Under the pieces are notes generated by a model. It was given only the letters and a program-made list of their open reading frames with translations, was not told the DNA's origin and made no database searches. Made by a program: the position numbers and the translations under genes. A stretch of DNA of 57,837 bases, counting the filler, from Asterionella formosa (lineage: Eukaryota): the NCBI GenBank assembly GCA_002256025.1. It is 4 parts of 4 records of this genome, joined end to end, with 100 filler letters (N's around TTAATTAATTAA, not from the genome) between each part and the next. Parts side by side here need not be neighbours in the genome. Positions count along the whole stretch, not along the records: positions 43,469 to 57,837 come from NKIB01006018.1; 3 more parts are not named here. One strand, written 5' to 3'. Numbering within the stretch: the first letter of the stretch is position 1; every line of letters starts with the position of its first letter. Below, piece by piece: positions 47,131 to 57,837 of the stretch.

Positions 47131-48966
47131 TTAGGACGAATATACAAAGCTATGGCTCATGCTCACTGGCGGACTTGGCTCATCACGCCGGGCGACCAGA
47201 AAGCCCAAGGTTAGGTCCGGCCCCATTACATGTTGCAATAAATCGTCCGTTTCAAACAGATCTAATGCTTCCTCCAAGGATGCGGGTAACTCACTGTTCT
47301 TCTCAGTATTGTTGAGCGGCGGTCGCAGTGTCTTGTTTTCCAATGTACCCACGACACCACAGGCCAAAATTAATGCGACAGATAGGTACAAATTTACTGT
47401 GGCATCCGCCAATCTATAGACCATATAAAAGGGATTTTCATTCCGGCGACCGACTTTTATTGGAGAGTCCTTGTCATCGAAATCCCAGCCCAACTTACTG
47501 TTTTCACAAAAAGTCCCAGATGTAACAGCCATCAAGGCAGGGAGGCGTTCCAAGACGCCTTCCACAAAGGACTGATCCTCCAATGTAACATAGTTGTCAT
47601 TTTTCAGCTGTTTATCATCAAGTTCATTCTCTTGCACTTTCTTTCGACATGATATTTGAAGAGCGAGGCCGTGATTACCAAGAAATCGCTGAAAGGACAC
47701 AATTTGGCCGGCTTCCTTAGCAGCACCTAAAACAATGTCTTGTGCCAAAGTAAGCATATCAACAAACTTGACCGGATTTCGTTGGTCCCCAAAAACAATA
47801 TCAATATCAGGCTCTCCACATTCAGCGTGAGAAATAGGCACATTGAATTCTTTCAAACGCATCAAGACAGTAGCCAATAGACTTTCTTGATCTTGAATAT
47901 CAAACTCGTTGCCCAACAAACGAAATTTCAAGCTGCCTCCAATTCTAAAGTCAAGCCCATGCTTGGCAAGGGCAGTCGTGACAACACGAGCTAGAAGTCC
48001 ACGAGGGCACTCCGAGCGAAGTGTCAGTTGTTGAAGCGCGGCTTCACTCACACTGTACCCAAAGACCATGGCCATTTTGGAATGAGGCAGAACTCTCAAA
48101 CTTGCAAAATCCGGCTTAACGACAAGATTGTTCTGAAAGCGCACCAAAGTATTGGCTCGAATCCCCTCGACTGGAATTGATTTGATGTTACTGCCACCCA
48201 CACCGATACTAACCACTCTCACTAACGTAATCTCTGATGCTTGGAGCAAGTGCATCAATGATTCAACAACGCCCTCTTCGGTGGACGGCAACGGAAAGTC
48301 AGTTTTTGACATGAGTTGTAAGACGTCCTTAGCGTTTACGACTTCAGCTTCATGTTGAAAGATAGGCCGAAAGGATAACATAATGGATTTGGCTTCATCA
48401 ATATCGCTTTTGACGGCACCTGTAGCCTGAAGAGTTTCTACCAGATGAGCCAGAAACATGTCGAAATGCAATTCATTGAGGCCATGATGTTGAAACAAAC
48501 GTTCATGTTTCTGCAAAATATACAAGGGTACATCAGCTGATTCGGGAACTTTGGAAAATACCAACTTAAGAAAAGCCCGTTGATGTCTCTTGACTTTGCT
48601 CATCGAGACTCCAATGAAAAAGATTCCAAGCACCGGATCTTCCACGAGGCGTTTGTAAAATGCTTCGACAACCCCTTCAAGGGTTGTGTCACCACCAAAG
48701 CGCTCTAACAGACAGACTTTGCTGCCTTCTGACCTGCGGGACGACGATACTTCTGACGTTGTGAAAGAATGGCGCTGAGAATATTTGGATGAAGAATTAG
48801 TGGATATTTTGGATGGAGAAGAATTACGATTGTTTTTACTGCGTCGAAAGACCGGGAACGCCTCGAACGCGCCAGTATTAGTCCGTTGAGGCGCCTGATT
48901 GCTGGACGCTGTGGAAAGTTCCGTGTCTGTGAGATTGCGACGAGAGAAAATGGGAGATCCCTTCAT
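47131..48966 (-). CDS. Fusion of a group 1 truncated (2/2) hemoglobin and a degenerate glutamine-synthetase-like domain
   Basis: aa 86-203: LLERFGG...VEAFY...DPVLGIFF...HQRAFL...H(F8)...GLNELHFD. aa ~245-600: KPDFASLRVLP, CPRGLL, FVEGVLERLPAL, YRLADATVNLYL and LPASLEEAL, typical of GSI/FluG/PuuA-like folds. Confidence 0.85.
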   Translation of the reverse strand: MKGSPIFSRRNLTDTELSTASSNQAPQRTNTGAFEAFPVFRRSKNNRNSSPSKISTNSSSKYSQRHSFTTSEVSSSRRSEGSKVCLLERFGGDTTLEGVVEAFYKRLVEDPVLGIFFIGVSMSKVKRHQRAFLKLVFSKVPESADVPLYILQKHERLFQHHGLNELHFDMFLAHLVETLQATGAVKSDIDEAKSIMLSFRPIFQHEAEVVNAKDVLQLMSKTDFPLPSTEEGVVESLMHLLQASEITLVRVVSIGVGGSNIKSIPVEGIRANTLVRFQNNLVVKPDFASLRVLPHSKMAMVFGYSVSEAALQQLTLRSECPRGLLARVVTTALAKHGLDFRIGGSLKFRLLGNEFDIQDQESLLATVLMRLKEFNVPISHAECGEPDIDIVFGDQRNPVKFVDMLTLAQDIVLGAAKEAGQIVSFQRFLGNHGLALQISCRKKVQENELDDKQLKNDNYVTLEDQSFVEGVLERLPALMAVTSGTFCENSKLGWDFDDKDSPIKVGRRNENPFYMVYRLADATVNLYLSVALILACGVVGTLENKTLRPPLNNTEKNSELPASLEEALDLFETDDLLQHVMGPDLTLGFLVARRDEPSPPVSMSHSFVYSS

Positions 48967-50863
48967 ATTGTTGGCTGTCTCTATTTTTTGTTTGTAATAT
49001 TATCGATTCGCTCAGGCTTGGGAGGGGACGGGTGTGTGGACTTTTGAATGTTGAAAGTGAAATGAAAGGATTGTGAATTGTGAATACACTTCAGCAAAGT
49101 ATTGTATTGCAATCCAGCACTAGCGAAGATTTGTCTATTGCTGTGCTAAAATTGGTACTGGTAATGCAATTCAGAGCTTTATATGTATCCTTCGAAGGGA
49201 TCTCTCTGATCGAGCTGAATGCAACAATATTTGTGGTAATAGGTGTCAATATATATATAATACTGATGGTACCCTGGAAGCACAAATTGTGAGTGCATGA
49301 AAAAAGACCACATCCGCACGATGACTGGAACGATATACCCTAGTGGGTGCGTCCGTTGTGTTCGATCAATGACATAATGCCCCTTGGTGGCGTGAGCAAG
49401 GCATGCTACTTGGCTGGTTCCTGCAAAATGCGGTAATGGAGCTGAAGCTAAATATTCAGGTATCTTTCTCCGATATTAAAATTGTTTATTTAAGCCAAAT
49501 GACCGCAACTTGCTGTTATCCCTGTACGTTGAACTGTACAACAGTCTGCCTAAATCTCAGCGTGCACCAATCAACATTGTTTTCGTGCTGAGCATAGGTA
49601 CAGTTGACGTAGACATAATAGCTCCCGTACTGTATCTTAGTCATCTTGTTCGGATACCGGTATACCGGTTTCGGTACTCCGAGGAATGATCTTTCCTTTC
49701 TGCTATTCTGCTATAATGGGGCATTTCTCCCTTATCTGCAGTGTTCCATGAAAAGAAGAAAGATATGCAAGATCATAATCTCCCCCCTTCATAGTGTAGG
49801 GTTGTTCAAGCTGGCAAAGGGAGTCCTTGGTTGTTTGGACAGTAAAAAAATAAAGAAAAAGAAACCTCATGCTATATGCTTGTTGGGGATGTGATGCATT
49901 TGTGAAGGCTAGATCCACCATTGCAGTATATCCCCCCTAATGAGAGAATCGGCAAGCCAGTCCAGGTGTTGTTGATGCTTGAGAGGTGGGAAGACATGGT
50001 GACTTTTTGTTTGCAACAACAGCTGCTTTGACCATATGGAATCTGCATCAAACAAGCACAGTGGTTCCAAGGAGTGGGGAGAGCAGGAAGGTCTGATAAA
50101 CTAGTAATGGAAAATGGAAACACGATGTGAACAACTGCAGTATAAATCACACTAAACTCAATTGTTGTCACTGGACAATGAAAAAACGCTTTCCAAATGT
50201 TCAATTCTACTTATGTGTGGTTTGCTGTTTAAATTAATTTCATAGTAGTACCCTGTTAGTTTTACCGCTGGTTGCAGTTGGCTGTCTGCTATTAATTCAT
50301 AGGTTGCTTGCTTCAACATACATAAATATTTATTTGTCATATATATAGCTACCATACTGTGCCTGATCACCATTGAATGACTTTACCAGGGGTACATTCC
50401 AATATTTCTCCAGTATGTATCATTGGCCCTCCAGGCATTGCCTAGTAGTACAGAATACATACCTACATACATACTTTGCAAAGGTCTATCAAGTATTTTG
50501 TGAAACTCAATGGTAAATATGCGGCTATGCCTGCTTGCGTTTACTTAGTTACACCAATAAAAATATGCCATAATCCCATTTGGCCAGTCACCAACAAGGA
50601 TCAGATCATGTTTGCCCTCCATGTATGCATAGATACATCCCACTTCCAAACCATGTGGATGCAGTATGACCTTTTCTCACAAAAGACAAGGGATACAGAA
50701 AGAGAGTTCTTTGAGACATGCATTAGGTCACCCTTGCCACACCATAATTTACTAAATATGAACAACTCATTTCAAATGTTTATAGTGAAGTAGAAGGAGC
50801 AGGGATGCCTTACTATCAGACTGCAGTTATTTTATGGCTATATTGCTTATTTATGTAGAGCTA

Positions 50864-51682
50864 TTATTTTCGTTTCGCAGAAATGGTGCTCAAAATCATT
50901 AACCAAAAGAAGCTGATCAAGGCAATGAATGGAATTCTCAAATGAACTGGAATAACCCCAAATGTTAGACACTGGACTGGAATCCAAATGGTCCAATATT
51001 TGGTCAAAAGGCCCTGAGTTTGTACATGAAGTACATAATTTTCCAATGCCTCCATGATTGTTTCATCGCTATTGATACTGGCCTTGACAATGTAGGCAAC
51101 CGGCAAACAAAGAAATGGAGTAAGGAGTAACATATCGACTGTAACTTGACCCACAACAGATGCAAATGTCACATTGAGACCAAATATTTTAGGAAATAGG
51201 ACATTGTAGAGGTAATATTGGACCATGCCTTGATAAAGTCCACCATATAGCAAGAAACCAAGATTTCGAACCACATTGATATTTCTGTTGACAACCATGG
51301 CTTTTCCTGTTTCACCTTGTGAAGTTGTAATCGTCGTCATCGTCGTCAATGAACGTACTGGATTGATAGTACCACCATAATTACTTGCTGTGTCACTCCA
51401 TAATAATCCTTGACGAGTTTGTGCAATCAAGTCAGCTGCAGATGCCTTGACAGAACATGTGACAAACGCAGACAAGTAGGGTTGGGTCTCGTAAAAGTGA
51501 TTCAATGTGGAAAGTGTTGTCGATCCATCCACCATCAACAACAATGCCTGGTCATTTCGTTGTCCTATAGTGGTGCTACTAGTAGCAAGAGGAGGAGGAA
51601 CGAATGCAAAAGCGTTTCGTGTTGATGTTAGTGGGAGTACAAGGAACAATCGAGTGATCCAGAGCAGCATAACACCTGACAT
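50864..51682 (-). CDS. Mpv17/PMP22 family membrane protein, probably plastid-targeted
   Basis: SAADLIAQ, RNLGFLLYGGLYQG and WTIWIPVQCLTFGVIPVHLRIPF. Signal peptide followed by AFAFVPP and a Ser/Thr-rich transit-like region from the ATG at 51682. Confidence 0.9.
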   Translation of the reverse strand: MSGVMLLWITRLFLVLPLTSTRNAFAFVPPPLATSSTTIGQRNDQALLLMVDGSTTLSTLNHFYETQPYLSAFVTCSVKASAADLIAQTRQGLLWSDTASNYGGTINPVRSLTTMTTITTSQGETGKAMVVNRNINVVRNLGFLLYGGLYQGMVQYYLYNVLFPKIFGLNVTFASVVGQVTVDMLLLTPFLCLPVAYIVKASINSDETIMEALENYVLHVQTQGLLTKYWTIWIPVQCLTFGVIPVHLRIPFIALISFFWLMILSTISAKRK

Positions 51683-52209
51683 ACGGACATAAAGAAAAAA
51701 GCCAAGGATGAAATCATGTCGAGTAATGTATCGATGCTCCGCCTGCCTCACCAAGGACAAAGATGCTAAATTGGACGAGTGGGTGTGTATCCTCGTCGCT
51801 CACCAGTAGGCACGTACGTGATGTTCCTGTACAGCACCGTTACCAGGTAGGTACCAGGGTAGTTACTAGGTAACAGATACCATACTTGTACCGGTGCCTG
51901 GACTCTCGAAGGACCTACTACGACCCTGGTACCGAGTACTACCTGGTACCAGGCTACTGGTTCTTTCTTTCCTCGATCATTTCTAATGGATATACATCCA
52001 TATATCTTACGTGTGTGCTAACTAAACTACTACGGTACCAGGTACCGTTATGGACATATCATGCTACCAGGTGCATAGAGTGAATTGCTATGATGTTTGG
52101 ATACTACCAGTACCGGTATGGTACCCTTGTACCAGGTATACATATGTAACAAAAAGGAAAAAACTGTCGTGATTTGGCAAAATTGTCACGGGAACAAAAG
52201 TCTTCGACG

Positions 52210-52282
52210 TGCTCCCTGCCAGGATCGAACTGGCGACCTCCGGATTATGAGACCGACGCTCTACCGACTGAGCTAAAGGAGC
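52210..52282 (-). tRNA. trnM: tRNA-Met(CAU), elongator type
   Basis: GCTCCTTTAGCTCAGTCGGTAGAGCGTCGGTCTCATAATCCGGAGGTCGCCAGTTCGATCCTGGCAGGGAGCA folds into a cloverleaf with anticodon CAT, a G1:C72 pair and a TTCGA T-loop. Confidence 0.96.
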
Positions 52283-52919
52283 GGGGCACGTTTCAGATGT
52301 CAGTTGATGATGAGATAAAGTTTTTAAATAGTGTCAAACGAGTAGTATTTTGGTCAAATTCTCATCGTAAATCCATATTGCTTGTACATACGGGAGTATT
52401 CGGTAGTTTGTACTCTGCTGACTCGATCGATTCACATCAGAGGAAGTTCATAGTGACAGCCACAAGCACAATACCGTACCTGGTACCAGGGGTACCAGGG
52501 TACCAGGTACCGGTACCAGTGCCCTGGTGCTGTGCTGTTAATTATCATCGGCCTCAGGAACGCACATGAAAATCGTCAGCCAACATGACGAATGAAAAAT
52601 ATCTACACGGCAGTATGTAGCTACCAGGGTACCCGGTAACTGATACCAGGTAGCATCGAATAAACACAAAACATAATAGTACCGGTACCGGTAGTCAGCG
52701 TATTTTCTTACGCACAATGGGAAATGAAAGAATCCAACCACAACAGTCAACAAAGTCGTCCCCTACAATAATAACAGACTATTTACAAGTACTGTATCAA
52801 TTGATCTAATAAATAACAACACTATTCATTCTATTTAGGACGAGGTAGGAGAGCACTCTCCTCCCTCTCCACTCTGGTTTTGACAGTATTCATTCAACTT
52901 TGACGTTCAAAGTTCAGAA

Positions 52920-54389
52920 ATGTTGTCCAAACCTGGAATCTTTCACCATCATTGGCTACTGCTTGTACGACTCTTGCTTCTCGCCTCGTTACAATCGACC
53001 ATTGGAATATCCTTGCGGGCATCAACATTTACTGCTACAAATGTTCAAACATTAGCATCAGTAAGAGTGGCATTACAAATAGTTAGCAGCAGTACCAGCA
53101 GCAGCAAAAGCATGTTATTCATGATGGGCAAGGGAGATAATGGCAAAAAGAAACGAAAAAAGTCCAAGAATACACCATCACCACCAACTACTACTGCCAC
53201 TACTGCACCATCACCTCCATTGCCACAACGAGTCACATCCAATAGTATTATTCCTGTACGACATCAATTGGTATTTGCTCGAATGAGAAAGGCTGCTGCG
53301 AAGCAATTGTCCATGGGGAGCTTTCGACAACCTAAAGTAGTACGAACTAGTTATAAACGAACATGGACAGAAGAAGAAATGGAATTGAAAAAAGAAGAAC
53401 GAGCACGAAAAGGACAAGAACCAGATTGGGCGGTTATTTTGAATCAAACATCCTCTCGGCCTTTGGTGGTACGTGAAAATTTCTTTTTTGTTATTACGTT
53501 GTTTCGTACAAAATGTTGTGCTAACTACATGATCATTCATGTTTATATTTTGTTGTCCATTGGTATCACATGCTACCTTTGCTTATTATGAATGTATGTG
53601 ACATTGTTAAATGTTGTGTTTCAGATTGTGGACGGATACAACATTATACATAAATGGCCGCGACTAACCAAGCATATGAGAACCGGTGACACTGGACGTG
53701 CACGACGACTGTTGGTAGAGGATTTGGAAAGTCTAACAACCATCAAGGGATGGAGAATTGAAGTTGTCTTTGATGGAGCTGGGAAATCCATTCATGGGGT
53801 ATTTGGCAAAGGGCCCGGTACTACCAGAGTCACAGCATCCGATCGAGCAGCTTCCAAAGATGTGTCCAAATATGGAGTCCGAGTGGTATTTACGGGAGTG
53901 GGCATTGAAGCAGATTCCTACATTGAAGCTCGATGTGCTGAAGCCAAGGCAGTAACAGATGGGGCCATAACACGATCCTTTATTGTTGCCACGGATGATT
54001 CCATGATTCGCATGGCAGGAATGGCGGCAGGTGCACTTTGTATGAGTGCCAGTCGCTTTGTGGATGAGCTTAAAGCCGTTAAGAAGGCTACCGAGTATCG
54101 CGTGGAACTTGCAGTTGCCAAGGCAAATGGACATGCCGTTCGACCTGAAAGTCTTCGAGGGAAGGCCATGCCGAGTTTTGGTCGGGGGTCTGTTTTAATT
54201 GAAGACAAACGTAACAAAACAAAATCTATCTACACAACCTTTCGAGGTAGCACCATGATTGAAGATGGAAAGCGGAAGGAAGAAGAAGAATTTGATACCA
54301 ACAGCATTATTCAAAATATTATAGTGGAGACAGATGAGAGGGGGATCCCGCTCTGGGCAGTTGTTCCAAATCATACTAAAGTACTTTAG
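52920..54389 (+). CDS. YacP/Rae1-like NYN-domain ribonuclease, probably organelle-targeted; exons 52920-53468 and 53625-54389
   Basis: Spliced PLV|IVDGYNII, VVFDG, EADSYIE and VATDD (NYN acidic residues). N-terminal signal-like and Ser/Thr-rich segment. Confidence 0.88.
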
Positions 54390-55152
54390 CTACACTTGGA
54401 TAGAAAGGAACGGAATGATTTCATGGATGCATCGCAACATCCGGCTCGTCCTTCAAAGGGAGGAGCTGACCAACTCATCAGTATATGTCTTTACCTCTCA
54501 AAAACAGTGACATATGTATGTCAACGCGGATTCTCCAATAACCTTAATACTGTGAAAGAGAACGGCGCCTCTATGTACAAACAAGACACTTGCATGAGAT
54601 TCTACCATTCAAACTAGAATAATGGCCATCATAAGTCCATTGTTGGAGTAGTTTTGAAGGATGGATTGATTGATAAATCCATCTAGCATTGCTATTGGAG
54701 CTTGTCTTAGATCCTTGTGTTTGCAATTCGTTTGATCGTCAAAATCATGTTCCTTCTCATGGGAATGACTAAGATGGCAGCTTTCTATGTGCTTCTTCCC
54801 AAGGGCAGTGTGATAGGAGTAAGTAATTAGGTGGATAAGTAAGGACGCTACATAGCTAGTGGTACCGCATGTGAATTTGAATTCCAGAAGTCCATTCAGA
54901 CAGTCCTGATTCTAAATCTAGCCTTCACGGAAACCAATCGGCATCAACAGCCTAACTGACTCATTCTGCCGCCAGGCTTGCAATCAACCACCGCCAACCA
55001 CCACCCGTACACTGGTAGCGGTATATACGCATCAATGCTGCCATCAACTTGCTTTCTATTTTTATGAACAATCCAGAGACTATTATCATTGTCCAACCAA
55101 CACTTACAATCAAGTCATTATTACCTATGATACTTATAAAATCATTAACAAA

Positions 55153-56244
55153 ATGAGAAAATACTTTTCGTTCGACAGCTCTCAACAACATCGACGAATT
55201 CGGAATTATCCTCGCATCAGAACAGAACAACAACAATGGTGGTTCAAGAGTCTGTTTTGCTTTCTCGTTTATTATTGTAGCAGCAGCAGCTACACTTTGG
55301 CATTTGGACCTCACAATACTTATACTAGATGCCGACAAAAGGATACAGTTCGTCATTATTGTTGGCAACAATCTAAATCTAAAACGCTTGGTACATTGCA
55401 GAATCATGTCAATGTTGTGGATAAAAGGATACCCGTCCTTTTCATGACAAATCATCACATTGAACATGTCAATAGCAATTACAACAACAATAACGCCATT
55501 GTCCCAATACATATTGCCTTTGTTTGTGATGGAAATTCAAGATGGGCACAAAATAAATGTTTACCATCAGTTGCAGGACATGAAGCAGGCGCCAATCGAA
55601 TGTTACAATTGTTAGAAACATGCAAACAAATACCAGGGATCGAATATTGTACACTGTTTGGGTTTAGCACTGAAAATTGGAAACGTCCTTCCAACGAAAT
55701 CAAAGATATTTTGGCACTGGTGGAATACATGGCCACATTGTATTGTGATCGTGCTATTAATGATAAAGTGCACGTCAAGGTGGTGGGTGATTTGCAAGAT
55801 AAACGAATTCCTGAAAGTTTAAGGAAAGCTTTATTGAAACTGGAACATGACACAACAGCAGCAGCAACGAAACCAAAACTAACTGTGTGTCTGGCCATAA
55901 ATTATGGTGGACGACGAGATATCGTCCATGCCAGTATTCAATTGGCGACTGCCATTGCAACAGGTCAGCTTGATCCCACCAATGTGACAGAAGAACACTT
56001 TAAGACGCTATTATGGACCCATGGTGTTCCTGATCCTGATTTAATTATTCGTACTGGTGGCGAGTATCGATTGTCGAATTTCTTACTTTTTGAAGCAGCC
56101 TATGCTGAATTGTACTTTACCAACACATTATGGCCAGATTTTGATACCACTCAATTGGACCAGGCACTCTCCTGGTTTGCCAATCGATCTAGACGGTTTG
56201 GTGGACGTGATCGTCCAGTTGTTGTTTCGTCATTACCAACATGA
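55153..56244 (+). CDS. cis-prenyltransferase (UPP/dehydrodolichyl diphosphate synthase family)
   Basis: PIHIAFVCDGNSRWA, FSTENWKRP, INYGGR, PDLIIRTGGEYRLSNFLL and RRFGGR, preceded by a ~115-aa N-terminal extension. Confidence 0.95.
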   Translation: MRKYFSFDSSQQHRRIRNYPRIRTEQQQWWFKSLFCFLVYYCSSSSYTLAFGPHNTYTRCRQKDTVRHYCWQQSKSKTLGTLQNHVNVVDKRIPVLFMTNHHIEHVNSNYNNNNAIVPIHIAFVCDGNSRWAQNKCLPSVAGHEAGANRMLQLLETCKQIPGIEYCTLFGFSTENWKRPSNEIKDILALVEYMATLYCDRAINDKVHVKVVGDLQDKRIPESLRKALLKLEHDTTAAATKPKLTVCLAINYGGRRDIVHASIQLATAIATGQLDPTNVTEEHFKTLLWTHGVPDPDLIIRTGGEYRLSNFLLFEAAYAELYFTNTLWPDFDTTQLDQALSWFANRSRRFGGRDRPVVVSSLPT

Positions 56245-56570
56245 ATAAATCATAGATTGTTCCCACTATTTTTTATTGTGGCAATGGAATATATTATATG
56301 TTATCCTTCTCACTTGGGGAGGCCATAGATTTCGTTGAAGTATCTGTAACAGTGCTACCAATAGTCTACCTGGTAGGTTATCGGTACCAGGCACCTTTAC
56401 GTGAACATATACTATATTTGGCTCTTTAACTATTACAATGTACCAGTAGTCCAACTGATGCTGTTTCAACTTGTTTAACAACTCGCACAGATATATATAC
56501 CAGTACTTTCGAAGCAGTGCATAAAAATCTCTTTGTACAAACTCACCTTGCAAATATCTACGGTATGGTA

Positions 56571-57375
56571 CCTCTCAAAAACTGTTCAAGACCATTACCT
56601 CTATATTACACTCTGCTTTTGGACTAAAGTAGAATAATATTCAGCTGACCCCAACTAGAATCCTTCAAATAGAGGTCGACTAATGCATGCAAGTACTAGA
56701 TAAATGAATCATTTTAAGAATTGGAAGGATGTATCTTGTCCTTGTTGTTGTTATTCAATTTCGTCAAATGGTTCTTCATCATATCTTTTGTTAGCTACAT
56801 TAGTGTTGCAACTTTCTCTCCTACTAATCTAGTAGTTACATCACCATATGGTAAAGCTCCTCCATTGTTAGCCTTTGTAGCTTCTAGTTCTCTGAAAATC
56901 TTGTTTAGAACAAGCTTTACAAAATCTTTATCTATGGTATATTGTGATGAGAGAGCATTTCAGGATGCATACGGTATATGCTGACAGTGCAAAATCACTT
57001 GATTGCTATGATGCAAACTATCATGCATGTTTAAATTGGGATACCGGTAGTGCACACAATCATGCCATACTAATAATGCAACTGAAGAAAGCATTGAAGG
57101 AAGCTATATTTATTTGGAGTATAAAACATAAGCTTATAATTATATATGAAGATAAAATGTCATCGCAGCTCAAGAGGTAACTTTATTATCTTCCAATATG
57201 CCTCACAAGCAACACTCAACATTTTCGTAGTCGTTTCTGATCTCACCAACTAGAACACAGCATCGGGCATTAAGACATACTACATGTACATGCGTGAAAT
57301 CAATGACTTGTTTAGCATAGAACAAAATGTAAGAGTACCCCCGTCATTGGTGTGGTCTTTGCAGTTTTTGACTGG
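56571..57375. mobile_element. Non-autonomous TIR element (~805 bp) flanked by TA
   Basis: Left end TA|CCTCTCAAAAACTGTTCAAGACCA; right end reverse complement TA|CCAGTCAAAAACTGCAAAGACCA. AT-rich non-coding interior. Confidence 0.6.
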
Positions 57376-57756
57376 TAATTAATTATTAAGGTAGCTCCTA
57401 TTGGGCGATGTATACTGGTAGCCATCATGTTGTCATGTTCAGACGGTACCAGGTACCTGGTAATGACATACATTGTGGGCGCGCTCTGATTATAAAAAAT
57501 TATTATATCAAGTGTGTATTATAACACAAATATTCTGGTGATCTGCTACATCATCTCGTCCTTGCGCTCTGATAATAGAGATATTTTAGATTACTTCTCT
57601 GATATTAAACATATTTTTAACTTTAATTTTCAGCCGTTAAATTTTCATATCGATGAATCCTCTTGTATGCTATGCCGCCTCTTGTTCATTATATGCAGGA
57701 GTTCTATATATTCATCATTGTCAGTCACTGACCATGTCGACTTTAATCTAATCTCC

Positions 57757-57837
<81 letters not shown>
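57757..57837. repeat. (TGA)27 microsatellite at the window end
   Basis: Perfect trinucleotide run to the last base. Confidence 0.97.

Noticed and set aside
52174..52569. 131-aa plus-strand ORF
   Set aside because: Antisense to tRNA-Met and runs through the palindromic arrays. YLVPG/YQVPG peptides recurring in many short ORFs are translations of those arrays.
54961..55512. 183-aa minus-strand ORF
   Set aside because: Overlaps the cis-prenyltransferase 5' region in antisense and has no recognisable motif.
50864..56244. Functional cluster of plastid-targeted genes (Mpv17, NYN nuclease, cis-prenyltransferase)
   Set aside because: No shared pathway is evident and the targeting predictions are uncertain.
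57757..57837. Telomere
   Set aside because: (TGA)n is an ordinary microsatellite at which the assembly probably broke, not a TTAGGG-type repeat.

Overview
Eukaryotic nuclear DNA, most likely from a diatom (inferred from short GT-AG introns, signal-peptide+'AF' plastid-type presequences, an ankyrin/FYVE myosin and Crypton/Copia relics). The window is not one locus. It is four ~14.4 kb scaffolds (1-14412, 14513-28898, 28999-43368, 43469-57837) joined by 100-nt N44-TTAATTAATTAA-N44 spacers in descending length order. Recognisable genes: sulfotransferase, NDUFS5, dynein LIC-like, P450-like protein lacking the heme Cys, SWSAP1-like ATPase, Yippee, COPI-associated membrane protein, myosin-ANK-FYVE, CLPTM1-like, Cys/Pro-Thr-rich GPI-type surface protein, Crinkler-like pseudogene, DnaJ, MPP-beta, truncated globin fused to a degenerate glutamine-synthetase-like domain, Mpv17/PMP22, tRNA-Met, YacP/Rae1-type NYN nuclease and a cis-prenyltransferase. 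There are also many decayed transposons. Most interesting: (1) the globin/pseudo-GS fusion; (2) intergenic arrays of TA-punctuated CC(W)GG-type units that match the termini of a TA-flanked TIR transposon family in the window and may be stacked excision footprints; (3) the Cys-less P450; (4) the Crinkler header-NTPase-REase gene. All family calls come from reading motifs by eye; no database searches were run.
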